Of a stretch of DNA of 64,000 nucleotides, positions 37,541 to 46,818 are shown one piece after another. The notes beneath the pieces were generated by a model. The model did no database searches. It worked only from the letters and a program-made list of their open reading frames with translations, and had not been told where the DNA came from. A program made the position numbers and the translations under genes. The first letter of the stretch is position 1, and each line of letters begins with the position of its first letter. The stretch is from Sedimentisphaerales bacterium (GTDB lineage: Bacteria; Planctomycetota; Phycisphaerae; Sedimentisphaerales; Anaerobacaceae), in NCBI GenBank assembly GCA_040772485.1, contig JAXGYC010000010.1, positions 64,001 to 128,000 of the forward strand, given 5' to 3'.

Positions 37541-38713
37541 CTATTTCACGAGCTGTCCGTAGACGCGCTCGATCACATCGACCATGGTGCCGGGGGCAAA
37601 CTTCGTCTTGACGGATTCCTGGCCGGCCTGGCCGAGTCTCTCGCGCAGCGGTTGGTCGGCGATCAGCTCGGCGCAGGCTTCGATGAGCTGCGGGACGTTC
37701 TTTGGCTCGATCAGCCGGCCAGTGCGCTCGTTGACGACTTCGCGGGCGCCGTCGACATCGAAGCTGATAGCGGGCCGGCTGCAGAGCATCGCTTGGGGAA
37801 GCGTGCGGGCCAGACCCTCGCGCAGCGAGCAGTGGACGAGGATGTCGGAAGACTGGATCGCCAGCGGGATCTCGCTGGGGGGCATCAGCCCCGTGAAACG
37901 AAACCGCTCGGCCAGCCCCATGTCGCGGACCTGCTGCTTGTACCGCTCGGCGAGGTTGCCGTCGCCCACGAAGAGCCAGACCACATTGGCGAATCGCTTC
38001 GCCAGCTCCGGGGCCGACGCGATAATGTAGTCGTGGCCCTTGAGCATGAACAGACGCGCGATGGTGACGAGGACGACCGCATCGTCCGCGATGCCGTTCC
38101 GGCGGCGGAAGGCCCGCGTCCGCTCGGCGGGAATCGGTTCGAGGAACTGCTCTTCATCGATGGCGGAATACGCCGTGACGTAGGGCTTGTCGGCGCCGAT
38201 ACCGGCCGCTTTGCACTGGTCGGTCATCGCGTCGGCGACGCTGACGAAATAGTCCGTGCGCTTCGCGGCGGCCTTCTCGATGGCCACGTAGACGCGGTTG
38301 ACCCACCGGCTCTGGTAAGGATGGAACGCCAGGCCGTGAATGCCATGGACGATCCCGGGGCGCGCCGGGTGCCACGCGCCCTTCAAGGCGTTGCCGGCGT
38401 AGCGGCCGAGGATGCCGGCCTTGGCCGAGTGCGTGTGGACGATGTCGGGCTGCAATTGTCGCAGCAGCCTCTTGACCTTGCGATAGGCGACGAAATCCTT
38501 GAACGGCTCGATGGCCCGCCGCATCTCGTCGACCACGACCGTCTCGTACTTCTGCCCCTTCGTCTGGTTGAACAGCTCCCCTTCGGGCCCAAGGGCCGGC
38601 CCGGTGATCAGCGTGACATCATGCCCTCGTTCCGCGAGCAGCTTGCAGGTGATCAGCGCGTTCTCCTGCGCGCCGCCCAGAATCAGCCGCGTGATGATGT
38701 GGACGATCTTCAA
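37541..38713 (-). CDS. Glycosyltransferase family 4
   Basis: 'IITRLILGGAQ', 'DIVHTHSAKAG', 'EGLARTLPQAM', 'FDVDGAREVV'. TTG start. Confidence 0.93.
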   Translation of the reverse strand: MKIVHIITRLILGGAQENALITCKLLAERGHDVTLITGPALGPEGELFNQTKGQKYETVVVDEMRRAIEPFKDFVAYRKVKRLLRQLQPDIVHTHSAKAGILGRYAGNALKGAWHPARPGIVHGIHGLAFHPYQSRWVNRVYVAIEKAAAKRTDYFVSVADAMTDQCKAAGIGADKPYVTAYSAIDEEQFLEPIPAERTRAFRRRNGIADDAVVLVTIARLFMLKGHDYIIASAPELAKRFANVVWLFVGDGNLAERYKQQVRDMGLAERFRFTGLMPPSEIPLAIQSSDILVHCSLREGLARTLPQAMLCSRPAISFDVDGAREVVNERTGRLIEPKNVPQLIEACAELIADQPLRERLGQAGQESVKTKFAPGTMVDVIERVYGQLVK

Positions 38714-38755
38714 AGCTTCGTCTCCGCGTTCATGGACCGGATCGGCGCTATTCTC

Positions 38756-40021
38756 TCAAGCGATGGTCGCGTAGTCAATGCCCCAGGGCCGCAGCACCTT
38801 ACGCAGGGCTTCAGGACCCTGCATGTAGGACAGGAACAGCCCATAGTTCGTGTATGGCACGCCGATCGATTCGAGGTCGCGGATGCGGGCCAGGAGCTTC
38901 TGCGCGGTAATCATGCAGCCGCCGCAATGGATCACCAGCTTGTAGGACTGGAGCTGCTCGTTCTCCTGAAACTCGCGGCCGAAGTTGTGATCGATCTGGA
39001 CGTCGGGCCAGTGTTTCCGGATGAAGCTGGGAATCTGCACGGTGCCGATGTCCTCGGCGATCCGCGAGTGGTTGCACGCCTCGGCGATGAGCACCTTGTC
39101 CCCCGCCCGAAGGCTCGCGACCGCCTCGATCCCCGCGACGAAAGCCGCCAGCCGGCCCCGGCTCACATAGTTGATCATCATGATCGAAAACGTCGTCAGC
39201 CCGATGTCGTCGGGCGTCCAGGCGTGCATCAGGTCCATGGCCTGCGAATCGGTGATGATCGCCTTGGGCCGCTGGCCGAAGCCGGCCAGAAACGCGTCGA
39301 ACCGTTTCCGTTCGCCCGCGCCGCCGGCGCGGGCCTTGCCCAGGTCCATGCGATACGAGACCGGCCAGGCCCAGTGCCGCGCGATGTACTCGGCCGCCAT
39401 TGCCTGCGGACGCAGGTATCGTCCCGGCGGGGTCTCGGCGTCCATCGGAATGTTCAGCACGTAGAACTCGTCGCGATGGAGGAACGGAAGCAGCTCCATC
39501 GTAACGTTCTTCGAAGCGAAGTTCTCCAGGATGAATTGCAGCAGCGCCGGGCGGCACTGCGCATCGACGGCGACCAGGCGAATCTTCTGATGGAACCGCA
39601 GCAGTGGGACCTGCTCTTCCACGAGCGCGATCCGCTCGGCCGCGTCGGGCCGGAACAGGTTGTAGACCACCAGGATCTGCTTGTCCAGCTCGCGGGCCTT
39701 CTCGACGATCTCGTTCTCCGTGGCGAAGTCATCCGTCTCCGGATCGACCACGAGCAGGACCAGATCGCACTCCTTCAGGTCGGCGAAGACCTTGGCCCGC
39801 TTCTTGCGTCCCAGCCCGGAAGCCTCATCGAGCCCGGCCGTGTCGAACAGCTTGACCGGACCCATTCCGTGGATCTCCTGGAGGGCAATCTTCGTGTCGG
39901 CTGTGGTCCCGGGCGTCGCATCGACGATGGACGTGACCTGCTGGGTGAGCAGATTCATGATGCTGCTCTTGCCCGAGTTCATCTTGCCGAAGATTCCGAT
40001 ATGATCTCTCTCGACGAGCAT
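38756..40021 (-). CDS. hydF: [FeFe]-hydrogenase H-cluster maturation GTPase HydF (divergent)
   Basis: G1 GKMNSGKSS, 'PGTT', DTAG; 'ITDSQA'; Fe-S motif EACNH...IHCGGCM; 'GVPYTNYG'. ATG overlaps the truA stop. Confidence 0.88.
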   Translation of the reverse strand: MLVERDHIGIFGKMNSGKSSIMNLLTQQVTSIVDATPGTTADTKIALQEIHGMGPVKLFDTAGLDEASGLGRKKRAKVFADLKECDLVLLVVDPETDDFATENEIVEKARELDKQILVVYNLFRPDAAERIALVEEQVPLLRFHQKIRLVAVDAQCRPALLQFILENFASKNVTMELLPFLHRDEFYVLNIPMDAETPPGRYLRPQAMAAEYIARHWAWPVSYRMDLGKARAGGAGERKRFDAFLAGFGQRPKAIITDSQAMDLMHAWTPDDIGLTTFSIMMINYVSRGRLAAFVAGIEAVASLRAGDKVLIAEACNHSRIAEDIGTVQIPSFIRKHWPDVQIDHNFGREFQENEQLQSYKLVIHCGGCMITAQKLLARIRDLESIGVPYTNYGLFLSYMQGPEALRKVLRPWGIDYATIA

Positions 40022-40773
40022 CAGTATTTGATCCACATCAGGCACAAGCCGTTAGGCGGCGCGATGGGCCCGGCGGCCGTCCGGTCCCGGGCCGCCAGGA
40101 CACGACTGATTCGTACCGGCTCCCAGCGTCCGAGTCCAACTTCCATCAGCGACCCGACGATGTTGCGCACCATGTTGTAGAGAAACCCATCCCCTTCGAC
40201 CTCGACGTAGACCCAGTGGCCATCGTCCTTGCGGACCTCGGTGACATCGCAGCGGAAGATCGTGCGCACCGAATCCGTGCGGCTGTCGGCGGCCGACGCG
40301 AAGGACTTGAAGTCGTTCGTCCCGACCAACCGCTGGGCGGCGGCATCCATTGCACCTACATCGGGATTCGAGGGGACATGCCAGCAGTACCGCCGGTGCA
40401 ACACGGGCCGGGTCGGGTGGCAGAAGATCGTATACCGATAGAGCTTGCTCGTGACGTCGCCGATCACGTCGAAACCCATCGGCACCTCTTCGGCCTTGAC
40501 GATGGCGATGTCGTCGGGAAGTCGGTCGGTGATGGCCCTGGCGAGGTTCTGGGTCGGGACGGGCGAATCGATCTGAATCAGGGCGACCTGCCCGAGGGCG
40601 TGAACCCCGGCGTCGGTCCGGCTGGCCCCGCAGACCCGCACGTTCGGGCCAAGCAGGCTGCGGGCAGCATCCTGCACCGCCTCCTGGATGGTCGTGAATC
40701 CCGGCTGAATCTGCCAGCCGTGGTAGTCACTACCGTCATAGGCGATGGTCAGTTTGACGTTGCGTAGCGCCAT
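40021..40773 (-). CDS. truA: tRNA pseudouridine(38-40) synthase
   Basis: 'IAYDGSDYHGWQ', 'ASRTDAGVHALGQ', 'GFLYNMVRNIVG', 'APPNGLCL'. Confidence 0.97.
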   Translation of the reverse strand: MALRNVKLTIAYDGSDYHGWQIQPGFTTIQEAVQDAARSLLGPNVRVCGASRTDAGVHALGQVALIQIDSPVPTQNLARAITDRLPDDIAIVKAEEVPMGFDVIGDVTSKLYRYTIFCHPTRPVLHRRYCWHVPSNPDVGAMDAAAQRLVGTNDFKSFASAADSRTDSVRTIFRCDVTEVRKDDGHWVYVEVEGDGFLYNMVRNIVGSLMEVGLGRWEPVRISRVLAARDRTAAGPIAPPNGLCLMWIKY

Positions 40774-40848
40774 CCGGGAACAAACAGGGACGGCCGGCGC
40801 AGCCACAGCGCATCGATGCCCTGCGGCTGCGGCCGGCCGTCGTGAGGA

Positions 40849-41856
40849 CTATAGTTCGAGCAATTTTTCGGCGATCTGAATCGCGTTCAACGCCGCGCCC
40901 TTGCGAAGCTGGTCCCCGGCCACCCAGAAACTGATCCCGTGGTTGTCGGGCAGCGACGGATCCTGCCGGATGCGACCCACGAGAATATCGTCCTTGCCGG
41001 TGGCGTCGATCGGCATCGGGAAGCGATTGTGCTCCCGGTCATCCAGCACGCTGACGCCCGGCGCCTTGGCGAGCAGCTCCCGCACTCTCTCCGGCGTCAT
41101 CGGGCGGGTGAACTCCAGGTTGATGCTCTCGCAATGGGCCCGCATCACCGGAATGCGCACGCAGGTCGCCGTAATGGCGATCTGGGGGCAGTCGAAGATC
41201 TTCCGGGTCTCCTTGACCATCTTGGTCTCTTCTTCGTTGTACCCGTCCGGCCCCAGCGCCGAGTTGTGGCTGAAGCAGTTGAACGCGATCTGATAGGGGA
41301 ACACGTTGCAGCTCGGCTTCTTGCCGTCGAGAATCTCGCGGCTCTGGGCTTCGAGCTCCGCCATCGCCGCGGCGCCGGCGCCGCTGGCCGCCTGGTAGGT
41401 GCTGACGACCATCCGCTTGACTGGATTGGCCTGATGCAACGGCCAGACCGGCACGATGCCGATGATGGTCGAGCAGTTCGGATTCGCGATGATGCCCTTG
41501 TGCTCCTTGATCTTCTCAGGGTTGATCTCGGGGATCACCAGAGGCACCGTGGGGTCCATGCGAAACGCCGACGAGTTGTCCACGACCACGGCGCCCGCCT
41601 TGGCCGCCGCGGGAGCGAACTCCTTGCTGCGCGAGCCGCCCGCGCTGAACAGCGCGATATCGACGTCCGCGAAGCTGTCCTTCGTCAACACCTCAACCGT
41701 ATATTCCTTACCCTTGAAGGTGATCTTCTTACCCTTGGAGCGGCTGCTGGCAAGCACCTTGAGCGTATCGAACGGGAAGTTGCGCTCTTCGAGGATACTG
41801 AGGAATTCCTGACCGACCGCGCCGGTCACCCCTGCGATTGCCAGATGACAAGCCAT
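40849..41856 (-). CDS. asd: Aspartate-semialdehyde dehydrogenase
   Basis: 'GVTGAVG', 'VDNSSAFRM', 'IIANPNCST', 'STYQAASGAG', 'DQLRKGAALN'. Confidence 0.97.
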   Translation of the reverse strand: MACHLAIAGVTGAVGQEFLSILEERNFPFDTLKVLASSRSKGKKITFKGKEYTVEVLTKDSFADVDIALFSAGGSRSKEFAPAAAKAGAVVVDNSSAFRMDPTVPLVIPEINPEKIKEHKGIIANPNCSTIIGIVPVWPLHQANPVKRMVVSTYQAASGAGAAAMAELEAQSREILDGKKPSCNVFPYQIAFNCFSHNSALGPDGYNEEETKMVKETRKIFDCPQIAITATCVRIPVMRAHCESINLEFTRPMTPERVRELLAKAPGVSVLDDREHNRFPMPIDATGKDDILVGRIRQDPSLPDNHGISFWVAGDQLRKGAALNAIQIAEKLLEL

Positions 41857-42012
41857 GTTTGCATACTCCTTTTCACTTCGGTTTTCACTGAAGGGCCGCC
41901 AACCGTTGACCGCCCAAAAGGCTGGTTTTGTGGAAACTACAGAACTATGTATTTTATGCCTTCGGGCCGCGATTTGCAAGGGCTTGTCTGCTAATATCTT
42001 CTATTGGCTCCG

Positions 42013-43038
42013 CTAACAGTCGAGCCGACGCTGCCAGAGGGAGGCCAGAGCCGAGGCAGTGATGATGCAGACGAAGACGAAGATGGCGGCGGGGATAGCG
42101 GCTTCCTCCCCGAGGTGCTCCAGGGCCAGGGCCGAGCCCAGCCCGGCGTTCTGCATGCCGATCTCAATCGTCAAGGCCCGCCGTTTGAGCCTGTCCAGGC
42201 CAAAAAGGGTGCCGATCCCGTACCCGGCCCCCATCCCATAGAGGTTCAGGACCAGCACAACCGCCAGGACGCTCCCGGTCACCTGGGGCAGCCTTGCCTG
42301 GTTGCGCGCGATGACGACCGAGCAGATGAAGACGATGAACGTCGCGGAGAGGGCGGGAAAGACCGGAAGAATCCGCTCGACCGAACGGCGGAAACGATAG
42401 CGAACCCAGAAACCCAGCAGCAGCGGCACGACGACCATCACCATGATCTGAAGAAACATGGCCCAGAACGAGACCGGCAGTTCCGAGCCGGCCAGCACCT
42501 TGGTCAGCAAGGGAGTCAGGATCGGACACAGCAGGGTTGAGACGGTGGTCAGAGATACGGAATAGGCGGCATCGGCCCTGGCGACATAGCTCATGGTATT
42601 GCTGGCCATCGCGCCGGGGGCGGCCCCGGTCAGGATCAGGCCCACCGCCAGCGGAGGCGGCAGCCGGAACAGCCGCGAAATCGCATAGGCCCCGAAGGGC
42701 ATCACCAGGAATTGCGCCGCCGTGCCAAGGGCCACCACGGAGGGTGTCCTGAGGATTCGCCTGAAGTCGTCCGGCTGGAGAGCAACGCCGATGCCGAACA
42801 TCGTCAGGGCGAAGAACAGGGTGTTCATCGACAGGCAGACGCTCAGGTGCCCGACCACGGCCGGCGACAGACTCGAAAGGACATCGGCCGGAAACAGCTC
42901 GGTCAGGCTGAACGTGCCCACGACGCGGAACCAGTTGGGATGTTCCGGCGTGTCCTTCCACAGAAACGCGACCAGACCACATCCGACCACCCAGACGGCG
43001 AAGTACTTCGTATAGAACGTCAGAACTCGGCGCAGCAT
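42013..43038 (-). CDS. Bile acid:sodium symporter family transporter
   Basis: 'MFGIG', 'QFLVMP', 'PGAMASN', 'IEIGMQNAGLG'. Confidence 0.93.
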   Translation of the reverse strand: MLRRVLTFYTKYFAVWVVGCGLVAFLWKDTPEHPNWFRVVGTFSLTELFPADVLSSLSPAVVGHLSVCLSMNTLFFALTMFGIGVALQPDDFRRILRTPSVVALGTAAQFLVMPFGAYAISRLFRLPPPLAVGLILTGAAPGAMASNTMSYVARADAAYSVSLTTVSTLLCPILTPLLTKVLAGSELPVSFWAMFLQIMVMVVVPLLLGFWVRYRFRRSVERILPVFPALSATFIVFICSVVIARNQARLPQVTGSVLAVVLVLNLYGMGAGYGIGTLFGLDRLKRRALTIEIGMQNAGLGSALALEHLGEEAAIPAAIFVFVCIITASALASLWQRRLDC

Positions 43039-43091
43039 GGAGGGCCAGTATAAGCCGCGACGGGCCGGCCGACAACCGCCTGCTCATACCA

Positions 43092-43121
43092 ACAAGAAGG
43101 CCCCGCCAACAAGGCGGGGCC
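43092..43121 (-). terminator. Intrinsic terminator downstream of degP
   Basis: GGCCCCGCC-N5-GGCGGGGCC stem followed on the minus strand by TTCTTGT. Confidence 0.7.
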
Positions 43122-43155
43122 GGTGCTACAATGAAGGAGGACATCAGAACCACGC

Positions 43156-44631
43156 TTATTTCTTCGGCAGACGAATCATCAGTAACCTTGTCCAGTCCTC
43201 GTCGCGGACTCGAAGAAGGGCACGCCCATCTGCCGCTGCGTTGTCAATGGCTTCATTAAACTCTTTTACGTTGCGGACGGGCTTTCTGTTCACTTCGGTG
43301 ATCAGGGTGCCCGCTTGAATACCGGCCTCGCCGGCCGGCGATCCGGGCCGGACCTCCATGACCAACACGCCCGAGAGGTCCTCGTAACCCAAGCGGGAAG
43401 CCAGCTCCTCCGTCAACGTTTGGAGCGTCATCCCGAGGCTCTCCTGGACGGCTTGGCTGCCTCCACCCATCGCGAATTCGCTATCCGGACGCTTCTCAAG
43501 CGTCACAGTCAACGGCTTGCGTTTGCCGTCACGAATCACCACAATCCGAACCTCGCTGCCCGGCTTATACATGGCCACGCGGTTACGGAACTCGTTCCAG
43601 TTGGAGACCGGCTGGCCCTCCAACTCCACAACCACGTCATCCTGCTTCATACCGGCTTTATCGGCCGGGGAATCCTCCACCACTTCGTTGATCACCACAC
43701 CTTTGTCGGCATCCAGTCCAAAGTACTCTCCCACGCCGGGCTCGACGTCGTCGCCTTGCACGCCGAGAAAACCACGCACCACTGCCCCGCTCTCTTTGAG
43801 CTGCGTGTAGATGTCTCTGGCCATGTCGCTGGGGATCGCCAGTCCGATGCCCACGTTCCCGCCGGGCCCGATGATCGCCGTATTGATGCCCACCGCCTTG
43901 CCGTCCAGGTTCAGGAGGGGACCGCCCGAGTTGCCGAAGTTGATCGCCGCATCGGTCTGGATGAAGTTCTCATAGCTGGCAATGCGCAGGCCGCTCCGTC
44001 CAGTGGCGCTGACGATTCCCGCCGTAACGGTGTGGCTCAGGCCGAACGGATTGCCGATGGCAATCACCCACTCGCCCACTTCCAGCGTGTCGGAGTTCGC
44101 CAGCTCGATGTAGGGAAGGTCGGTCTTGTCGATCTTGACGACGGCCACGTCCGTCTCGGGATCGGCGCCGACGATCTCCGCGTCCACCTTCTGGCCGTCC
44201 GCCAACTGCACGGTGACCTTCTCGGCCCCCCCCACCATGTGGTTGTTCGTCAGGATATATCCGTCGGAAGAGATGATGAAACCGGACCCCTGCGCGACCT
44301 GCCGGGATTCCGGCTCCTGTCGTTCCCGCTGGTAACGACGCGGGCCGAAGAAGTACTTGAACAACTCGTCCTCAAACGGGCTGGATGGGTCATTGGACCA
44401 GTCCCGCGAAGAGCTGCCACGAACGGCCTTGGTGGCCTGGACCCCCACGACCGCGGGCGAGGCCTTCTCGGCGATCGAGGCAAACGCCTTGCCCATCTGT
44501 TTCAAGGTGACGATGCTCTGACTGTCCTGCGCGAAAGCCGACAGCGGTATCAGCAACAGCCAGATCATGCCGATGGCCGTTGTGCCGATGAGGGTGTTCT
44601 TTCGAGTTGCGCGAAGCAAACGTGTTACCAT
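43156..44631 (-). CDS. degP: DegP/HtrA periplasmic serine endoprotease with two PDZ domains
   Basis: 'GSGFII', 'TNNHMV', 'DVAV', 'QTDAAINFGNSGGPL'; two PDZ domains; GGAGGT RBS. Confidence 0.93.
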   Translation of the reverse strand: MVTRLLRATRKNTLIGTTAIGMIWLLLIPLSAFAQDSQSIVTLKQMGKAFASIAEKASPAVVGVQATKAVRGSSSRDWSNDPSSPFEDELFKYFFGPRRYQRERQEPESRQVAQGSGFIISSDGYILTNNHMVGGAEKVTVQLADGQKVDAEIVGADPETDVAVVKIDKTDLPYIELANSDTLEVGEWVIAIGNPFGLSHTVTAGIVSATGRSGLRIASYENFIQTDAAINFGNSGGPLLNLDGKAVGINTAIIGPGGNVGIGLAIPSDMARDIYTQLKESGAVVRGFLGVQGDDVEPGVGEYFGLDADKGVVINEVVEDSPADKAGMKQDDVVVELEGQPVSNWNEFRNRVAMYKPGSEVRIVVIRDGKRKPLTVTLEKRPDSEFAMGGGSQAVQESLGMTLQTLTEELASRLGYEDLSGVLVMEVRPGSPAGEAGIQAGTLITEVNRKPVRNVKEFNEAIDNAAADGRALLRVRDEDWTRLLMIRLPKK

Positions 44632-44716
44632 AGTTGACCTCCAGAAACTTTCCGTCCAAAAGAACGCTTGGCCAAGCTCTCGTACCACCGTCATAAACAT
44701 CCGCTTGGGTAGGGGT

Positions 44717-44743
44717 TTATACGATTGTAGGCAGGGTTAGTTC
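44717..44743 (-). promoter_or_regulatory. Putative ECF sigma promoter of degP
   Basis: GAACT-N16-GTATAA on the minus strand; overlaps a TTGACG-N18-TACAAT sigma70-like promoter. Confidence 0.6.
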
Positions 44744-44859
44744 GGGCCGTCAAACCCTTTTTCGCCGGCCGGCGGGGCTGTTCCTGCCGCATCGGACCAT
44801 CGGTGATTCGTCGACTGCCAGACCGCGTGCGGCGATGTTGCGGCCGGTGCAATTCTGTG

Positions 44860-44886
44860 GAACTCCGACGCCGCTCGATTGTATAA
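44860..44886 (+). promoter_or_regulatory. Putative autoregulatory ECF sigma promoter
   Basis: GAACT-N16-GTATAA, 33 nt before the ECF sigma ATG. Confidence 0.65.
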
Positions 44887-44919
44887 CTGGGCAAAAAGAG
44901 GCCTCGATACATCGGGAAT

Positions 44920-45462
44920 ATGACGGACGAACCTCACATCATCCAGCGTGTTCTGGACGGCGACGCGGAGTCGTTCCGGCTTCTCGTCGAACGCTACGCC
45001 GGACCCGTCGTCGGCATGATCCGAAACGTCACCGGCGACACACGGGACTGTGAGGACCTGGCCCAGGACGTGTTCCTGGCCGCTTTCGCCCGGCTCAAGA
45101 CGTTCGATCCGGCGAGGAGCCGCTTCTCGACCTGGTTGCTGACCATCGCACGGAACATGAGCATCAACCTGCTCAAGAAGAGGCGATCGAGGGCTTCCGT
45201 CGAACCCTCGCAACCGCCCGACGACGAAGGACCGCTGGAGCGTGTCACGCGTCAGGAGGCGTTCGCCCGACTCGATGCGGCGCTTCGGTCCCTTCCGGAC
45301 CGCCAGCGCCGGGCGTTGACCCTCGTCGAGTTCGAAGGATTGTCGTATGAGGAGGCCGCGGTGATCGAAGGGACACGAATCGGCACCATCAAGTCAAGGG
45401 TCAACCGCGCCAAGGCCGCCCTCGGCGAAGTACTGCGAGCCTGTCATGAGGATGACAAATGA
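44920..45462 (+). CDS. ECF RNA polymerase sigma factor
   Basis: 'EDLAQDVFL', 'FSTWLLTIARN', region 4 'EGLSYEEAA...GTIKSRVNRAK'. Confidence 0.95.
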   Translation: MTDEPHIIQRVLDGDAESFRLLVERYAGPVVGMIRNVTGDTRDCEDLAQDVFLAAFARLKTFDPARSRFSTWLLTIARNMSINLLKKRRSRASVEPSQPPDDEGPLERVTRQEAFARLDAALRSLPDRQRRALTLVEFEGLSYEEAAVIEGTRIGTIKSRVNRAKAALGEVLRACHEDDK

Positions 45463-45713
45463 AGCACGAAGAACTCTATCGAGAATGGGTGCGGCAGCGT
45501 AGAGACATCTGTCTTGGCGAGGATTTCACACAGGACGTGATGCACCGAGTCCACCGGCTCAAGGCCGACCAGGACAGGCGCCGGCTCACATGGTCGCGCA
45601 TCGTGGACCGGGTCGCCTGCTCGTCGTGGGCTCAGGCGGCCGCCGTCGCCATGGCGGCGCTGCTCGGACTCGGACGAATCCTGTTGACACTACGTCTGCT
45701 GCTGTTTGCCTGA
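45459..45713 (+). CDS. Putative small membrane-anchored anti-sigma factor
   Basis: ATGA overlap with sigma; 'DFTQDVMHRV' anti-sigma-like helix; C-terminal TM. Confidence 0.65.
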   Translation: MKHEELYREWVRQRRDICLGEDFTQDVMHRVHRLKADQDRRRLTWSRIVDRVACSSWAQAAAVAMAALLGLGRILLTLRLLLFA

Positions 45714-45729
45714 CGACCTGGAGGATACC

Positions 45730-46671
45730 ATGACTGAACACGTGACATCGAAGAACACCAAACGACACGCATGGCTGGCCGGCGCCCTGTCGATTCTGAT
45801 GCCCGGCGTGGGACACGCCTATTGCGGCAACCTGCGGCGCGGCCTGGTCTTCGGCCTGCTCTATGCGATCGGCATTCCCGTCGTCCTCGGATTGCTCGCG
45901 TACGCCAGCCCTGCCTCGACGGTCACGTTCGGTTTGCTGATGGCTCTGGCGGCATTCGGCGTGGTGATCGGCGCAGCCGTCGATTCGTATCGGCTGGCAC
46001 GACAGACCCGCAGCGACTATCCGCTCAAGCCCTGCAACGGTCCGGGCATCTATGTCCTGCTCGGTCTCTTGATCCAGGGCAGTTGTCTCGGATACGCGTT
46101 GCACATCCGCAGCACCCTGTTCCAGGCCTTCCGCGTCCCCAGTATGTCGGAATTTCCCACCATCGTCCCGAACGACCGCCTTCTCGTGGACCGGAACGCC
46201 TATCGAAAGGCCGATCCCCAGCGTGGCGACACCATCCTGTTCCGTCCCCCGAACGAGGACTGGCGAACCTACTACATTAAGCGTATCGTCGCCCTCGAAG
46301 GAGACACCGTCGCGATCAAAGACGGAACGCTCTACGTCAATGGCGAAAAGCTCGCGGTGGGCAAAGCCATGAAGCCGCCGTCAGCCGGACGTGTGACAGA
46401 GGACGGCCGCGCGCTCCAGGGCGAGTTCTTCGAAGAGACCAACGCAAGTGCCCGCTACACGATCTTCCTGTCGACGTCCGAGCAGAATGCCGTCCGCGAC
46501 TTGCCCGAGACCGTCGTGCCGCAGCAGCATTGCTTCGTGCTGGGTGACAATCGGAACCGGTCGAGAGACAGCCGGCATTTCGGGCCGATCCCCTACGCGG
46601 TCATCGAGGGCCGAGCCGACTACATCTACTGGCCCGCCGATCGATGGTCGCGCTTCGGACGGATTCATTGA
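45730..46671 (+). CDS. lepB: Signal peptidase I (S26) with multi-TM N-terminal extension
   Basis: 'FRVPSMSEFPTI', 'RGDTILF', 'YIKRIVALEGD', 'FVLGDNRNRSRDSRHFG'; N-terminal 'ALSILMPGVGHAYCG'. Confidence 0.9.
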   Translation: MTEHVTSKNTKRHAWLAGALSILMPGVGHAYCGNLRRGLVFGLLYAIGIPVVLGLLAYASPASTVTFGLLMALAAFGVVIGAAVDSYRLARQTRSDYPLKPCNGPGIYVLLGLLIQGSCLGYALHIRSTLFQAFRVPSMSEFPTIVPNDRLLVDRNAYRKADPQRGDTILFRPPNEDWRTYYIKRIVALEGDTVAIKDGTLYVNGEKLAVGKAMKPPSAGRVTEDGRALQGEFFEETNASARYTIFLSTSEQNAVRDLPETVVPQQHCFVLGDNRNRSRDSRHFGPIPYAVIEGRADYIYWPADRWSRFGRIH

Positions 46672-46818
46672 TCTGGCCGTCCTGTCAACCCCGTCTTTTC
46701 CTCCTGAGCGGCCCCCTGCCTTCGCACGTGGAGATTCCCAGTGATTGAATCGGACGGCACAACAAAGAAGACTGACAGAAGACTCTGCGACTGGGTTCAT
46801 ATGACAGCCTGTTCCGGC

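Noticed and set aside
37409..40180. Very long alternative ORFs (this 923-aa one; also 12605-14974, 28358-30748, 230-2200, 10076-11692)
   Set aside because: Antisense or shadow frames of well-supported genes in high-GC DNA; no recognisable motifs.
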